Shown in pieces: positions 31,427-41,376 of a DNA stretch of 64,000 bases. A model generated the notes under the pieces. It was given only the letters and a program-made list of their open reading frames with translations. It did no database searches and was not told the DNA's origin. Within the stretch, counting starts at the first letter, position 1; each line of letters opens with the position of its first letter. Made by a program: the position numbers and the translations under genes. Source of the DNA: an uncultured Actinomycetes bacterium (GTDB lineage: Bacteria > Actinomycetota > Thermoleophilia > UBA2241); assembly GCA_963833555.1 (NCBI GenBank), contig CAWHYB010000006.1, positions 45,331 to 109,330 on the forward strand, read 5' to 3'.

Positions 31427-32419
31427 CTATCTGAGGGGCAGACCGCGGACCCCCACGGCGAGAGCCGCGATGTTCGGGGTCCCCGCCTCAAACGATCCGT
31501 TGGCGATGTAGAGCATTGTGCGCAGCCCCGCCACGGTGCCGAAGACAGGCATCGTAGGATAGTCGAGCCAGCCGGGGTCGGTCGCGATGGCTTTGAGGCC
31601 GCCCGACGGTGTCAGTCGCAGGAGTCCGTTCTCGTTCGTCACGATCCACAGGCCGCCGCTCCTGTCGAACGCGATGCCGTCGGCACTCACGAGCTCGGGC
31701 TTCTCGGCCACGACGACGGGTGTGCCCGCGGAGCCGTCGGTCCGCATGGGGACTCGCACGATCCGCCCGGCATCGGACACGGCGATGGTCAGGGCGCTTT
31801 GGCGGAAGGCGATGCCGTTGGCACCGAGTCCGGTGTCGCCCGGCAGCAGCAGGTCGTCCTGCAGCCAGGGCTTCGTGGGGCTGACCGTGCGGCCGGGCCG
31901 CACCCGCCACACCGCGCCGACTGAACTGTCGGAGACGTACAGACGGTCGCTGTGGAAGGCGAGCCCGTTGGGGAAGCTGGTGCCCGGCAAGGTCAGCACC
32001 CGCGTGAGCGATCCAACGCGCATGCGGAACACGCCGGGCGTCGCGACCGCCGGGTCGGCGAAGTCGGCCAGGCCGACGTAGAGCCGTCCGAGGTCGTCGA
32101 ATGCCAAGCCGGTGAGCATGCCTGTGGGACCGATGTCGGCCGTCGCCACAAGGCTCTTGCGGCCGCCCGGCGTGATCCTCCAGATCTGGCCCGTGTTGGA
32201 ATCGAGCCCCCAAACGGTCAACGACGCGAACAGGTTGCCGGCTTGGTCGGCGGCCATGCTTTCGAGGAACGAGCCGTTGTCGCCGGGGTCGAACACGGCC
32301 ACGATGCCCGGCTGGATCCAGCAGCCGAGCCGGACCTGAGCCGGTGAGGCGGCCCGGGCCGGCGCCGCTGCGGCGAGCAGGGCTGCCGTGACCGCGAGAA
32401 TGATGAGCATTCGTTTCAT
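31427..32419 (-). CDS. Secreted SMP-30/gluconolactonase/LRE-like beta-propeller protein
   Basis: Signal peptide (ARA), FLESMA, FPNGLAF, LYVSDS, GANGIAF, ADGIAFD. Confidence 0.85.
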   Translation of the reverse strand: MKRMLIILAVTAALLAAAAPARAASPAQVRLGCWIQPGIVAVFDPGDNGSFLESMAADQAGNLFASLTVWGLDSNTGQIWRITPGGRKSLVATADIGPTGMLTGLAFDDLGRLYVGLADFADPAVATPGVFRMRVGSLTRVLTLPGTSFPNGLAFHSDRLYVSDSSVGAVWRVRPGRTVSPTKPWLQDDLLLPGDTGLGANGIAFRQSALTIAVSDAGRIVRVPMRTDGSAGTPVVVAEKPELVSADGIAFDRSGGLWIVTNENGLLRLTPSGGLKAIATDPGWLDYPTMPVFGTVAGLRTMLYIANGSFEAGTPNIAALAVGVRGLPLR

Positions 32420-32548
32420 CTGGTCCCCCTTGTTGATGGCGATGAGCGCCGGCGGTCGCGCCGGGCTTCGTCCTGGTTCGTGATGGGGACAGTGTGAGGG
32501 GAAGGGGCGGCAGAGGTCGTCACACCGAAGGTGTGATTCTCTGCCGCC

Positions 32549-34783
32549 CTAGCGGTCGCCGGTCGGCGGCAGGAGCCTGAGCTCGCGCGCCCGCTCGACC
32601 GCGGCGGTGCGGGTCGTCACCTCGAGCTTCAGATAGAGACGGCGCATGTGGGTCTTCACCGTGTTCCGCGAGACGAACAGGCGCGCGGCCATCTGTCCGG
32701 CGGTCAACTGCGTGGGCAGGAGTTCGAGCACACGGCGCTCGGCCGCCGTCAGCGGGTCGCTCATCCGGCGCTGCTCGAGGGCCTGGCGCAGCCGCTGCGT
32801 GCGGCCGCGCAGCATCCCGCTGTCGGGCTGCGACCTGAGGACGGACTCGGCTCGTGCGGCCCAGCGCTCGGCCTCGGCGAGGTCGTCGTGCTGCAGTGCG
32901 GCTTCGCCCAGGACGACGGACAGGAGCAGGATGCGCCATTCCACCTGGGGGACCATGTCTGCCAGGTACTTCTCGGTACGGCTCCGCCACTCAGGCCACT
33001 GCGGATCTCCGCGCTGCGCAAGCACACGCGTCCGCGCGAGCAGCATAGGCAGGGCGAGGAACATGCCGGGTGAGATGTCGAGCGTCATCGACGGCGACAG
33101 CTCGGCGGCGCGGGCGTCGAGCTCGGCTGCGTCGTCCCAACGGCCCTCGTCGCCGGCGATGAGGGAGAGGAAGGCTGCGGCGTAGGCCTTTGTCGGAGGG
33201 TCTTCGGCTTCGTTGACGACGTCGTCGAAGAGCCGCCGCGCGCGGGCGTATCGACCGTTGAGGTACGTGGCGACCCCGAGGACGCGCTTGGACTCGGCGC
33301 GGGCCGCCATCGGCAACTCCCCGGAGAGCGTGCAGGCCAGCTCGGCGTCGTCCAGCATCGCCTGGAGGCCGTTGGGCGCGAGAAACGCCCTGAGTCCGAG
33401 CTGGAGCGTGCGCCAGGTCCCTCCGCCGCCGGGCAGGAGGCCGTCGTCGGTGCGAGCCGCGCAGGCCGCCCGTCGCCAGCGCTCCCCGCGTGCACGGTCG
33501 TCGAGCACGGTGCCGTAGAGCCAGCCGGCAGCCATGGTAAGCGGCAGGTGGCTCTCGATCTGCTGATCGGTGAAGCGGTCGAACATGAGGCGCGCTGTCT
33601 CGACCTGGCCGCGGTCGACGTACTCCCAACAGGCTTCGAAGGCGGGCTCGGCGGCGGCGGCGGCATCGTTCGCCGCCAGCCAGTGGCGGACCGCCAGGTC
33701 GACTCTGTCGTGCTCGTGGTACCAGACCGCAGCCCTGCGGTTGAGATCGACCAGCCGCTCCGGCTCACGGCGCTCGAGCTGAGCGCCCAGCAGCTCGCGG
33801 AACAGGTGGTGGTAGCGGTACCACTCGTCGCGGTCGTCGAGGGCGGCGACGAAGAGGTTCTCGCGCGCAAGGCGCGCGAGGACCTCGCCCGCGTCGCCGC
33901 CCTCGACGACCGCCGTGCACAGGGGCGCGGAGAGCTCGTCGAGCAGCGAAGTGCGCGTCAGGAAGCGCTGCACGTCCGCCGGCTGCCGATCGAGGACCTC
34001 GGCGCCGAGGTAGGCGGCGATCTCATGCAGGTCGCCGTGCACGTGCGGTAACCAGCCGCCGGTGTCATGCCCCTTCCCGGCGAGCACCGCGAGATAGAGC
34101 CCCGTGGGCCAGCCTTCGGTCACGAGCAGCAGGGCATCGAGGGTCGCGTCGTCGCAGGTGGACCCGTGGAGGCTCAGAAGCTCGCGCGCCTCGCGCCGGC
34201 TCATCGCAAGGCTCTCATTGCGGAACTCGGCGAGGCGGCCGGCCGCCCTCAGCCGAGCTAGCGGCAGTGGGGGATCCTCCCTGGTCCCGATCGCCACTTG
34301 CGAGCCGCCCGGGAGCTCATGGAGCACGAAGTCGATGTGGCGCCAGCAGGCGTCGCTGTGTAGCAGGTGGCCATCGTCCAGCACCAACAGGAACGGCTGC
34401 GCGTCCGCCAGCGCCGCGGCGATCTCGGGCAGCACCTGCTCCTCCACGGGTGGATGCCGCTGCGACAGCAGGTCGGCCACCCCCGGGTCGACCGGCGCAA
34501 CTTCGCCGAGGGCCGCCGCGAGGTAGCTCAGCAGGACGACCGGATCGTCGTCGGCGGAATCGAGGTGCAGCCAAGCGGTGGGCCGATGGTCGTTCGCCGC
34601 CCATTGGGCGAGCACCGTGCTCTTGCCGTAGCCCGCGGGCGCCGACACCAGCACCACCGGTGTGGTGCAGTGCAACAGTGAGTCGACGAGGTCGTCGCGA
34701 CGGACCAGCTCGAGGTGGGCCCGTGCGGGCCGCAGCTTCGAGCGCAGCGGCCGGAACGCGACGGCAGTGTCTGGCCTAGACAA
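32549..34783 (-). CDS. MalT-like (LAL) ATP-binding LuxR transcriptional regulator
   Basis: APAGYGKST Walker A, LVLDDGH, GWPTGL, YRYHHLF, C-terminal LuxR HTH (LFVSRNTVKTH). Confidence 0.93.
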   Translation of the reverse strand: MSRPDTAVAFRPLRSKLRPARAHLELVRRDDLVDSLLHCTTPVVLVSAPAGYGKSTVLAQWAANDHRPTAWLHLDSADDDPVVLLSYLAAALGEVAPVDPGVADLLSQRHPPVEEQVLPEIAAALADAQPFLLVLDDGHLLHSDACWRHIDFVLHELPGGSQVAIGTREDPPLPLARLRAAGRLAEFRNESLAMSRREARELLSLHGSTCDDATLDALLLVTEGWPTGLYLAVLAGKGHDTGGWLPHVHGDLHEIAAYLGAEVLDRQPADVQRFLTRTSLLDELSAPLCTAVVEGGDAGEVLARLARENLFVAALDDRDEWYRYHHLFRELLGAQLERREPERLVDLNRRAAVWYHEHDRVDLAVRHWLAANDAAAAAEPAFEACWEYVDRGQVETARLMFDRFTDQQIESHLPLTMAAGWLYGTVLDDRARGERWRRAACAARTDDGLLPGGGGTWRTLQLGLRAFLAPNGLQAMLDDAELACTLSGELPMAARAESKRVLGVATYLNGRYARARRLFDDVVNEAEDPPTKAYAAAFLSLIAGDEGRWDDAAELDARAAELSPSMTLDISPGMFLALPMLLARTRVLAQRGDPQWPEWRSRTEKYLADMVPQVEWRILLLSVVLGEAALQHDDLAEAERWAARAESVLRSQPDSGMLRGRTQRLRQALEQRRMSDPLTAAERRVLELLPTQLTAGQMAARLFVSRNTVKTHMRRLYLKLEVTTRTAAVERARELRLLPPTGDR

Positions 34784-34911
34784 TGCAGGTCGCTAGTCGT
34801 GCGGTCTCTGCCGTCTGCTCCATCGAGCCCCCTCCGCGTGATTCGCCTCGCTGGAGTATCGTAGCGCGAGCGCTACGGCGGCAGCCAGACCAGGGAACCA
34901 GGGAGGGGGAC

Positions 34912-35436
34912 ATGCCCGACGAAACGGCGCGCGCCAGCGCCATCCGCCCCTGTACCGCCGCCGACTTCGCGGCGGTGGCGGCGATCATCAACGCGGCGGC
35001 CACCGCCTACGCCGGCGTGATCCCCGCCGACCGCTACCACGTTCCGTACATGGCGCCCGCCGAACTGTGCCACGAGATCGAGTCGGGCGTGCGGTTCTGG
35101 GGCTGGCATGAAGCAGCCGGACGGCTGGTCGGCGTCATGGGCAGCCAGGACGTCGACGACGTGACCCTGATCCGCCACGCCTACGTCGTGCCGGCAGATC
35201 AGGGCAAGGGAGTGGGCAGCGCGCTGCTTGCGCGGCTCGTGGATCTCGCCAGGCGGCCGCTGCTGGTCGGCACGTGGGCGGCGGCGGATTGGGCGGTCCG
35301 CTTCTACGAGCGTCACGGCTTCGCCCTCGTGACGCCCGTCGAAAAGGACCGCCTGCTCCGCCGCTACTGGGACATACCCGAACGGCAGGTCGAGACGTCG
35401 GTCGTCCTGCGGCTCACGGGGCGGGGGGCGCTGTAG
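34912..35436 (+). CDS. GNAT N-acetyltransferase
   Basis: IRHAYV....QGKGVGSAL, WAVRFYERHGF; GGGAGGGG RBS. Confidence 0.9.
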   Translation: MPDETARASAIRPCTAADFAAVAAIINAAATAYAGVIPADRYHVPYMAPAELCHEIESGVRFWGWHEAAGRLVGVMGSQDVDDVTLIRHAYVVPADQGKGVGSALLARLVDLARRPLLVGTWAAADWAVRFYERHGFALVTPVEKDRLLRRYWDIPERQVETSVVLRLTGRGAL

Positions 35437-35443
35437 CCGCCGC

Positions 35444-36449
35444 TTAGACCGGCGTCCCCAGCACCTGCAGCGCCTTGAGCGTGACCCAGCGGCTGGGCTC
35501 GCCCTTGGTCTCGATGTCGACCACGAAGCGGCCGTTGAAGGTGTCCTGGAGCTTCCAGCGGCCGTCGGCGTCGGCTTTGCCGGCGACGAGCGCGCGCGCT
35601 TCGCGCGCGCGCTCGTCGCCCGCCTCGCCCGAGCCTCGTCGAGGATCCCGAGGATCTCGAGCACGTCGGTCTGGTACATGAGCGGGAAGCCGAGTCGCTT
35701 CCAGCCCGGCTTGGAGTCGCGCGCAAGGTCGTGGCTGCGCTTGTGGACGTGGTGGCGCAGCATGAACTCCGCGCCGTCGTCGAGCATGCGCCGCACCGCG
35801 GGCGAGCGGCGCTCCGGCGGGATCTCGGCGAGCGCCTTGAGCGTCTTGACGACGCCCATGTGGCAGGTGTGGCGTCCCCAGCACATCTCCCAGGGCTCGT
35901 AGGGCCAGCCGGTCGGCGCCTCGCCGTCGCCGTCGTCGAAGCGCGCGTAGGTCGTGAGCCAGTCGATGCCGGCCTGCACGCGCGGGTCGTCGAGCATGCC
36001 CAGGCGGATGAGGCTGAAGACCAGGTTGCCGGTCAGGCAGGGGATGACGCGGCTGTGCAGGCCGCCGCCCTCCTTCTTGGCGCGGTCGGTGGCAAAGCCG
36101 CCGGAGAGGCGGTCCTGCGCGTCGCGCAGGACCGCCTCGCACCCGCGTCGCACGCGCTCGTCGGCGCCGTCGGCGCCGAGCTCGGCGAGGATGAGGAGCT
36201 GCCAGACCGTGCCGCTGTACTTGGCCGTGTAGAAGCGGTCGCGGCCCTCCCAGTGGCCGTCCTCGCCCTGCGCGGCGAGGATCGCGGCACGGCGCCGCGC
36301 GACATGATCTCGCGCCGTGCCGCGGTCGCCTCGGGTGAGTCGGGCGACGATCCGAGCAGCCCGGTCAGGGTGAAGAAGCGCACCGACGGATCGTCGCCCG
36401 CGAGCAGCCAGGAGAAGATCTCGGAGCTGTCAGCGCTCGTCGTGACCAT
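35444..36449 (-). CDS. Prenyltransferase/squalene-cyclase-repeat-like alpha-barrel protein of unknown function; frameshifts near 36300 and 35640
   Basis: WLLAGDDPSVR, AQGEDGHW...YTAKYSGTVWQL, PCLTGN, LGFPLMYQTDVLEIL, GRWKL, SRWVTLKAL. Confidence 0.75.
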
Positions 36450-36599
36450 AGTCGGCATCCTACTGCTGCGCGTATCGACGACGTCTCAACACCGCCTCAT
36501 CACGCCGCCGTGCGATTCCGTATGATGAAGCGACGTTGTCCGGCGGTAGACTCGGGCGAGAGAAGCCGTGAGCCAGAAGCCATCGAGCCACCAGAGAGC

Positions 36600-38274
36600 A
36601 TGAGTGAGCGTCGCCTTCGCCGAGCGTTGACCGGGCTCGCCGCGGGCGTCCTGCTGACCGCCATCCTCCTCGGCGTGTCGGCTGTCGGCGCGCGCTTCGG
36701 TGCTCCGTCGATCCCCTACAGTCTGTTCGAGTGGCTCACGCGCGTGCTTCCCGGTCGCCTCGTCATCTTCGGGCTCGAGACGACCGTCCACGTGCTCGAG
36801 GGTCTCGGCCTCAACATCAAGAACACGGCCAAAACGACCGAGGAGGTGCTCGCGCTCACCGGGCTGCTCGTCGCCGGGGCGGTGACCGGCCTGCTGTTCT
36901 TCAGCTTCGTTGCGGCGACGGATCGCCGGCGCGTGCGGCGCTACGGTCTGGCCCTCGGCGCGCTGCTGGGAGTCTTCTGCCTCGTCATCGCGCTGATCGA
37001 GTCGCCGGCGGCGACGCTGGGGGGCGACATCGCCGGCGGCGTGTGGATCGTAGGCGTGCTGCTCCTCTGGGGCTGGGCTCTTGCCCGTATGTTCCTGGTC
37101 GTCGCGGCGCCGGCCGTCGCTGAGCCGCCTGCCACTGCGCCGGCCGCTCCGCCATCATCCACACTGCCGCCCGTCGCGCCCTCGCCCGAGGCCTGGGCCG
37201 CGGCCGCCACGATCGACCGCCGCCACTTCATGATCAGGGTGGGCGGCGCAGTGGCCACGTTCGTCGTCCTCGGGGCCGAGCTGAGCGACATCCTCAGGGT
37301 CGAGAGCGGCGCCGGGGTGGTGCGACCGGTCAAGGCGCCGATCGCGTTCCCGAACGCGGACTCACCAGTGCGGCCGGTGCCGGGCACGCGCCTCGAGTAC
37401 ACGCCCGTGGCCGACCACTACCGTGTGGACATCGATCTCTCAGCCGCCGCTGATCGACCCGCGTCCTGGCGCCTGCAAGATCAGCGGGCTGGTCGACCGA
37501 CCGCTCTCGCTCACCCTGGACCAGCTCAAGACCGACTACCGATCCAGCGACCAGTTCATCACCCTCTCCTGCATCTCGAACCCGGTCGGCGGGCCGCTGA
37601 TCGGGACCACCCTGTGGACCGGCCCGCCGTTCCGCGACGTGCTGGCCGAGCGCGGGGCCGCAGCCGCAGGCGCGCTACGCGCACCTGCTCTCGCAGGACG
37701 GCTTCGACGAGGTCGTCGATCTGCGGATGATCCAGAGCGACGACCGCATCGTGCTGGCCCACGCGTGGAACGGGCAGCCGCTGCCGCGCCGAGCACGGCT
37801 TCCCGCTGCGCGTCTACGTGCCCGACCGTCTACGGCATGAAGCAGCCCAAGTGGATCACCGACGTCGTGCTGGTGGCCGATTTCATCCCGGGCTACTGGG
37901 TCAAGCGCGGCTGGGACCGGACGGCCATGATGAGGACGACCTCGGTGATCGACGTCGTGGCGACCGATGCGCTCGTAAAGACCGATGGTCAGACGTTCGT
38001 GCCGGTGGGCGGCATCGCCCACGCCGGCGACCGCGGCATCTCGAAGGTCGAGGTCCAGGTCGACCAGGACGCCTGGGAGCCGGCCGAGCTGCGGGCGCCG
38101 CTCTCGGGGCTCACCTGGGTGATCTGGCGGTACGACTGGCCGTTCAAGGCAGGCGAGTCACGTGTTCGCCGTGCGCGCCTACGACGGCTCCGGGCAGCTC
38201 CAGGCGACCCAGGGGCAGGCGTGTTCCCCTCGGGCGCCACGGGCATCGTCACCAAGTCGGCGATCGTGACGTAA
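36600..38274 (+). CDS. Membrane-anchored sulfite-oxidase-family molybdoenzyme (MsrP/YedY-like); several indels
   Basis: Five TM helices with internal RRHF; TLSCISNPVGG (Mo-Cys), HGFPLR, YGMKQPKWI, C-terminal Ig-like dimerisation domain (ISKVEV, LTWVIW). Confidence 0.87.
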
Positions 38275-38319
38275 CGAGAGGGATCGGGGTCCGCAGAACC
38301 TCGGTGCTCTGCTGCGCGC

Positions 38320-38544
38320 ATGGACGCCACCAAACCGCGCCTCAACCAGAGCCGCTATCTCGAGGCGCTGCGCCGGCTGAAGCCGGAGCAGCGCCTCCTC
38401 TAGGCCTTCGAGCTCACCGAGCTCTCGCGACAGGCGTTCCGCGACGGCCTTCGCGCCCGGTTTCCGCACGCCACCGTCGACGAGCTCGAGCGCCTCTACC
38501 TCGAGCGGCTCGCGCTGTGTCGCAACAGACCCTCCTGGGAGTGA
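38320..38544 (+). pseudogene. Small conserved-looking hypothetical gene with an in-frame TAG at 38401-38403
   Basis: YLEALRRLKPEQRLL*AFELTELSRQAFRDGLRARFP...LYLERLALCRNR reads as one helical protein across the stop. Confidence 0.6.
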
Positions 38545-38572
38545 CCGAGCTGCTGGCGCAGCCCAAGCAACG

Positions 38573-38896
38573 AACCCAGCGGACGTCGCGGTCGGCGACC
38601 AGTTCAGGCTCCATCCCGAGGTCGCGCTCGAAATCGCGGCCGTCGAGCCGGGGCGAGCGCTCGTCGTTCGCGGCGGCGTGCCCATGGGCGACACGGCGCC
38701 TCCCTACGACTTCAGCTGGGCCTTCGTGCTCGGCGAGCAGCCCGACGGGACCGTCCGGCTGCTGGTCCGCGAACGCTACGGCTACACGCGCTTGTGGTCG
38801 GCGTTGCTGGTCGAGCCGGTCGAGGCGGTGAGCTTCGTCATGAGCCAGAAGATGCTGCGGGGGATCAAGGGGCCGGCGGAAAGGCGCCTGGGCTAG
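38573..38896 (+). pseudogene. 5'-truncated remnant of an SRPBCC-like gene
   Basis: VAVGDQFRLHP...VEPGRALV...FSWAFVL...TVRLLVRER...FVMSQKMLRGIK; lacks the N-terminal half and any RBS/start. Confidence 0.6.
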
Positions 38897-38927
38897 ACGC
38901 GCGCCGCCCGCCGGGAGTCGCTTCCGC

Positions 38928-39371
38928 CTACGGCTCGAGCAACTCCAGGCCCGTCGCAGAGTCGACGCGCCGCGCCGCCTCATTGCCGACGAGCTCCAGG
39001 ACAACAGCCTCGGCCACGAGCCAGGTGGTGACCCCGGTGCGGATACAGCCGACCATCGCAGCGTCGTCACGTCCGAAGGCAGCGTGCAGATGCAGCACCG
39101 GTCGGCCTTCGGCGTCGGGGAAGATCGTGCCGGCGCCGGCGATCTCGTGCACGTCGTGGAGAACGCGGCCGATGGGAGTGATGGGGAGCGCGCGGCCGTT
39201 CTCGGGACCCGCGACGATCCGGCTTCCGCGGTCGGCGCCGCCCAGCAGGATCACGACTGCGCGCGCGACATGCTCGCGACGGGCAGCTTCCTCGATGCAC
39301 TCGTGGACCACGTCGCCGTCCTCGAGCCGGATGACCAAAACACGGCCCAGTTCAGCCTTTGAGTACCTCAC
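38928..39371 (-). CDS. PPC-domain (DUF296) putative DNA-binding protein
   Basis: IRLEDGD, EIAGAGTI, LHLHAAFG motifs. Confidence 0.85.
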   Translation of the reverse strand: MRYSKAELGRVLVIRLEDGDVVHECIEEAARREHVARAVVILLGGADRGSRIVAGPENGRALPITPIGRVLHDVHEIAGAGTIFPDAEGRPVLHLHAAFGRDDAAMVGCIRTGVTTWLVAEAVVLELVGNEAARRVDSATGLELLEP

Positions 39372-39532
39372 CAGCGACTCCGCTCGTGTCCCGCCTTATT
39401 GCCCGCGAACGACATGATAGCGGATGGCGCGACGGCCAGCCCGGGCAGACAGCGCCGCAGATGCCGCGCGGCCCCTGGACATGCGGCAGCGCTTGGCCTA
39501 GGTTCTCCGGGCAGCCAGAAGGAGGACATCGC

Positions 39533-40549
39533 GTGTACACCGTCGTGCAGACCGACAGGGGAACGTCCGATCGGCTCATCGAGGATGCCGTCTTCGAGGA
39601 GTCGCGTCTCGACATCCGGTTCCTCAAGTACGAGCTCGAGACCGAAGACGAGCTGATCGAGTACTGCTCTGATGCAGCCGCTCTCATCCCGGCCTATGCC
39701 CCCGTCACGAAACGCGTGCTCGAGAGGCTGGACTCGTGCCTGATCGTGGCGTTCATGGCGACCGGCTTCAACAGTGTCGATCTTGCCGCCGCGACGGAGC
39801 GGGGGATCGCGGTCACCAACGTGCCCGACTACTGCACCGCCGAGGTCGCCGATCACGCGATGGGGTTCCTCCTCAACCTGGGCCGCAATATCGGTCTGCT
39901 GCGGGACAGCGTCCGCGAGGGGCGCTGGGATTTCGAGGCTGCGGGCAGGCCGGGCCGCACCTGCGAGCAGAGTCTGGGCCTCATCGGCTTGGGGAGGATC
40001 GGGAGCGCCGTGGCGCGGCGCGCCCAGGCGTTCGGCCTCGAGGTGAGGGCCTACGACCCCTACGTCGGCCGTGAGTATATGGCGGGGATCGGTGTCGAGA
40101 AGAGCGAGCTCGACGCCGTCCTCGCGTGCGACTACGTCTCGCTTCACTGTCTTCTCAACCAGGACACATACCGCATCATCGACTCTCGGGCACTGAGCGT
40201 CATGAAGCCGGGCGGTTACCTCATCAACACGGCGCGCGGCGCCTGCATCGACATCGAAGCTCTGACCGAGGCGCTGCAGAGCGGCAAGCTCGCGGGGGCG
40301 GCGCTCGACGTGCTGGATCCCGAGCCGCTCCCCGCTGGTCATCCCCTGCTCTCCCTGCCGAATGCTATCGTGACTCCGCACGCCGCGTTCCTGTCGAGCG
40401 TCTCGGAGCGCGAAGTACGGCAAAAGACCTGCCTCGAGGTCGTCCGCGCGCTGCGGGGTGAGACGCCCCACTACCTCTGCAACCACGAGGTTCTCGACAC
40501 CGAGGCGTGCCGCTTCATCTCGCTCGCGCGCGGCCACTCGGCGATCTGA
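39533..40549 (+). CDS. D-isomer-specific 2-hydroxyacid dehydrogenase (CtBP-like)
   Basis: NVPDYCTAEVADH, GLGRIG, SLHC, INTARG, LDVLDPEP, TPHAA; AGGAGG RBS with GTG start. Confidence 0.92.
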   Translation: MYTVVQTDRGTSDRLIEDAVFEESRLDIRFLKYELETEDELIEYCSDAAALIPAYAPVTKRVLERLDSCLIVAFMATGFNSVDLAAATERGIAVTNVPDYCTAEVADHAMGFLLNLGRNIGLLRDSVREGRWDFEAAGRPGRTCEQSLGLIGLGRIGSAVARRAQAFGLEVRAYDPYVGREYMAGIGVEKSELDAVLACDYVSLHCLLNQDTYRIIDSRALSVMKPGGYLINTARGACIDIEALTEALQSGKLAGAALDVLDPEPLPAGHPLLSLPNAIVTPHAAFLSSVSEREVRQKTCLEVVRALRGETPHYLCNHEVLDTEACRFISLARGHSAI

Positions 40550-40558
40550 GGTCGACTC

Positions 40559-41248
40559 CTAGGGGCGCGAGAAGGGCTCGACCCCGGCGATAGTCGTATT
40601 TATGATCTGCTCCACAAGTTCGAAGGCCGGCTCGAGGTCGGGGTCGTCCGGATCAAGCAGCGACTGGATCGCCAAGCCATCGATGGCGGCGACCATGAGC
40701 ATTGCGAGGCCGCGCAATTGCCGGCTGGCCGTTTCTTGCTCGACGCCAAGCCACTGGAAATTCAGCGCTCGATACCAGGCGTACTGATTCACGACACGCT
40801 CCCTGAGGGCGTCGCTGCGGATCACGTGCGGCAGGAGTTCGAAGAACGAGCGAAACGATTCGGTGTCTTCGGTCATGCGCCGGATGCCGGATACCAGGAG
40901 GCGGATCCGCTGATCGGCGAGGTCCTCGGACTCGGTCTCGGCGATCAGCCTCTGACAGGCGTCGTAGGTGTGAGAGTCGATGAGCGCCCGGACGAGTCCG
41001 GCCTTGCTGCCGAAGTGGTAGCGGATCGAGGACCGGTTCTCGCCCGACTCCTGCGCGATCGCTTCGAACGTGAGGGCCGAGAAGCCACTTTCGGCGACGA
41101 CCCTTCTGGCCGCGGCAAGGATGCTTCGCCCGGTCGGCGACATAGAGGAGAGTGGGTCGGGGAACGGGAGCTCTGCTGAGGTGTCTTCTGGGCTCATCTG
41201 GTTCTCTGGTTCCGTTGCTGCATTCCCCGTCCGGCGGTCCCTGCTCAT
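40559..41248 (-). CDS. TetR/AcrR family transcriptional regulator
   Basis: ILAAARRVVAESGFSALTFEAIAQESG....IRYHFGSKAGL; start uncertain (41197-41255). Confidence 0.92.
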   Translation of the reverse strand: MSRDRRTGNAATEPENQMSPEDTSAELPFPDPLSSMSPTGRSILAAARRVVAESGFSALTFEAIAQESGENRSSIRYHFGSKAGLVRALIDSHTYDACQRLIAETESEDLADQRIRLLVSGIRRMTEDTESFRSFFELLPHVIRSDALRERVVNQYAWYRALNFQWLGVEQETASRQLRGLAMLMVAAIDGLAIQSLLDPDDPDLEPAFELVEQIINTTIAGVEPFSRP

Positions 41249-41268
41249 CGGCCACAGCCTACTCCTCC

Positions 41269-41317
41269 TTGCAGCGATGCTAGTAGTCCCGTAAGATTCA
41301 GTCAATTGGTTGACTGA
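41269..41317. promoter_or_regulatory. Overlapping divergent sigma70-type promoters with a TetR-like operator
   Basis: + strand TTGCAG(41269)-N17-TAAGAT(41292); - strand TTGACT(41305)-N17-TAGCAT(41282); inverted repeat TCAGTCAA-TTGG-TTGACTGA at 41298-41317. Confidence 0.8.
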
Positions 41318-41376
41318 CAGGAGCGACGTGCAGGGAGCCGTGTGTGCAAACCGAGTGCGGGCAGTCCGCGGTGAAG

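Noticed and set aside
35444-36449. Nitrogenase iron protein (a label I recall being attached to this family)
   Set aside because: No P-loop or NifH Cys motifs; the sequence is an alpha-helical repeat protein.
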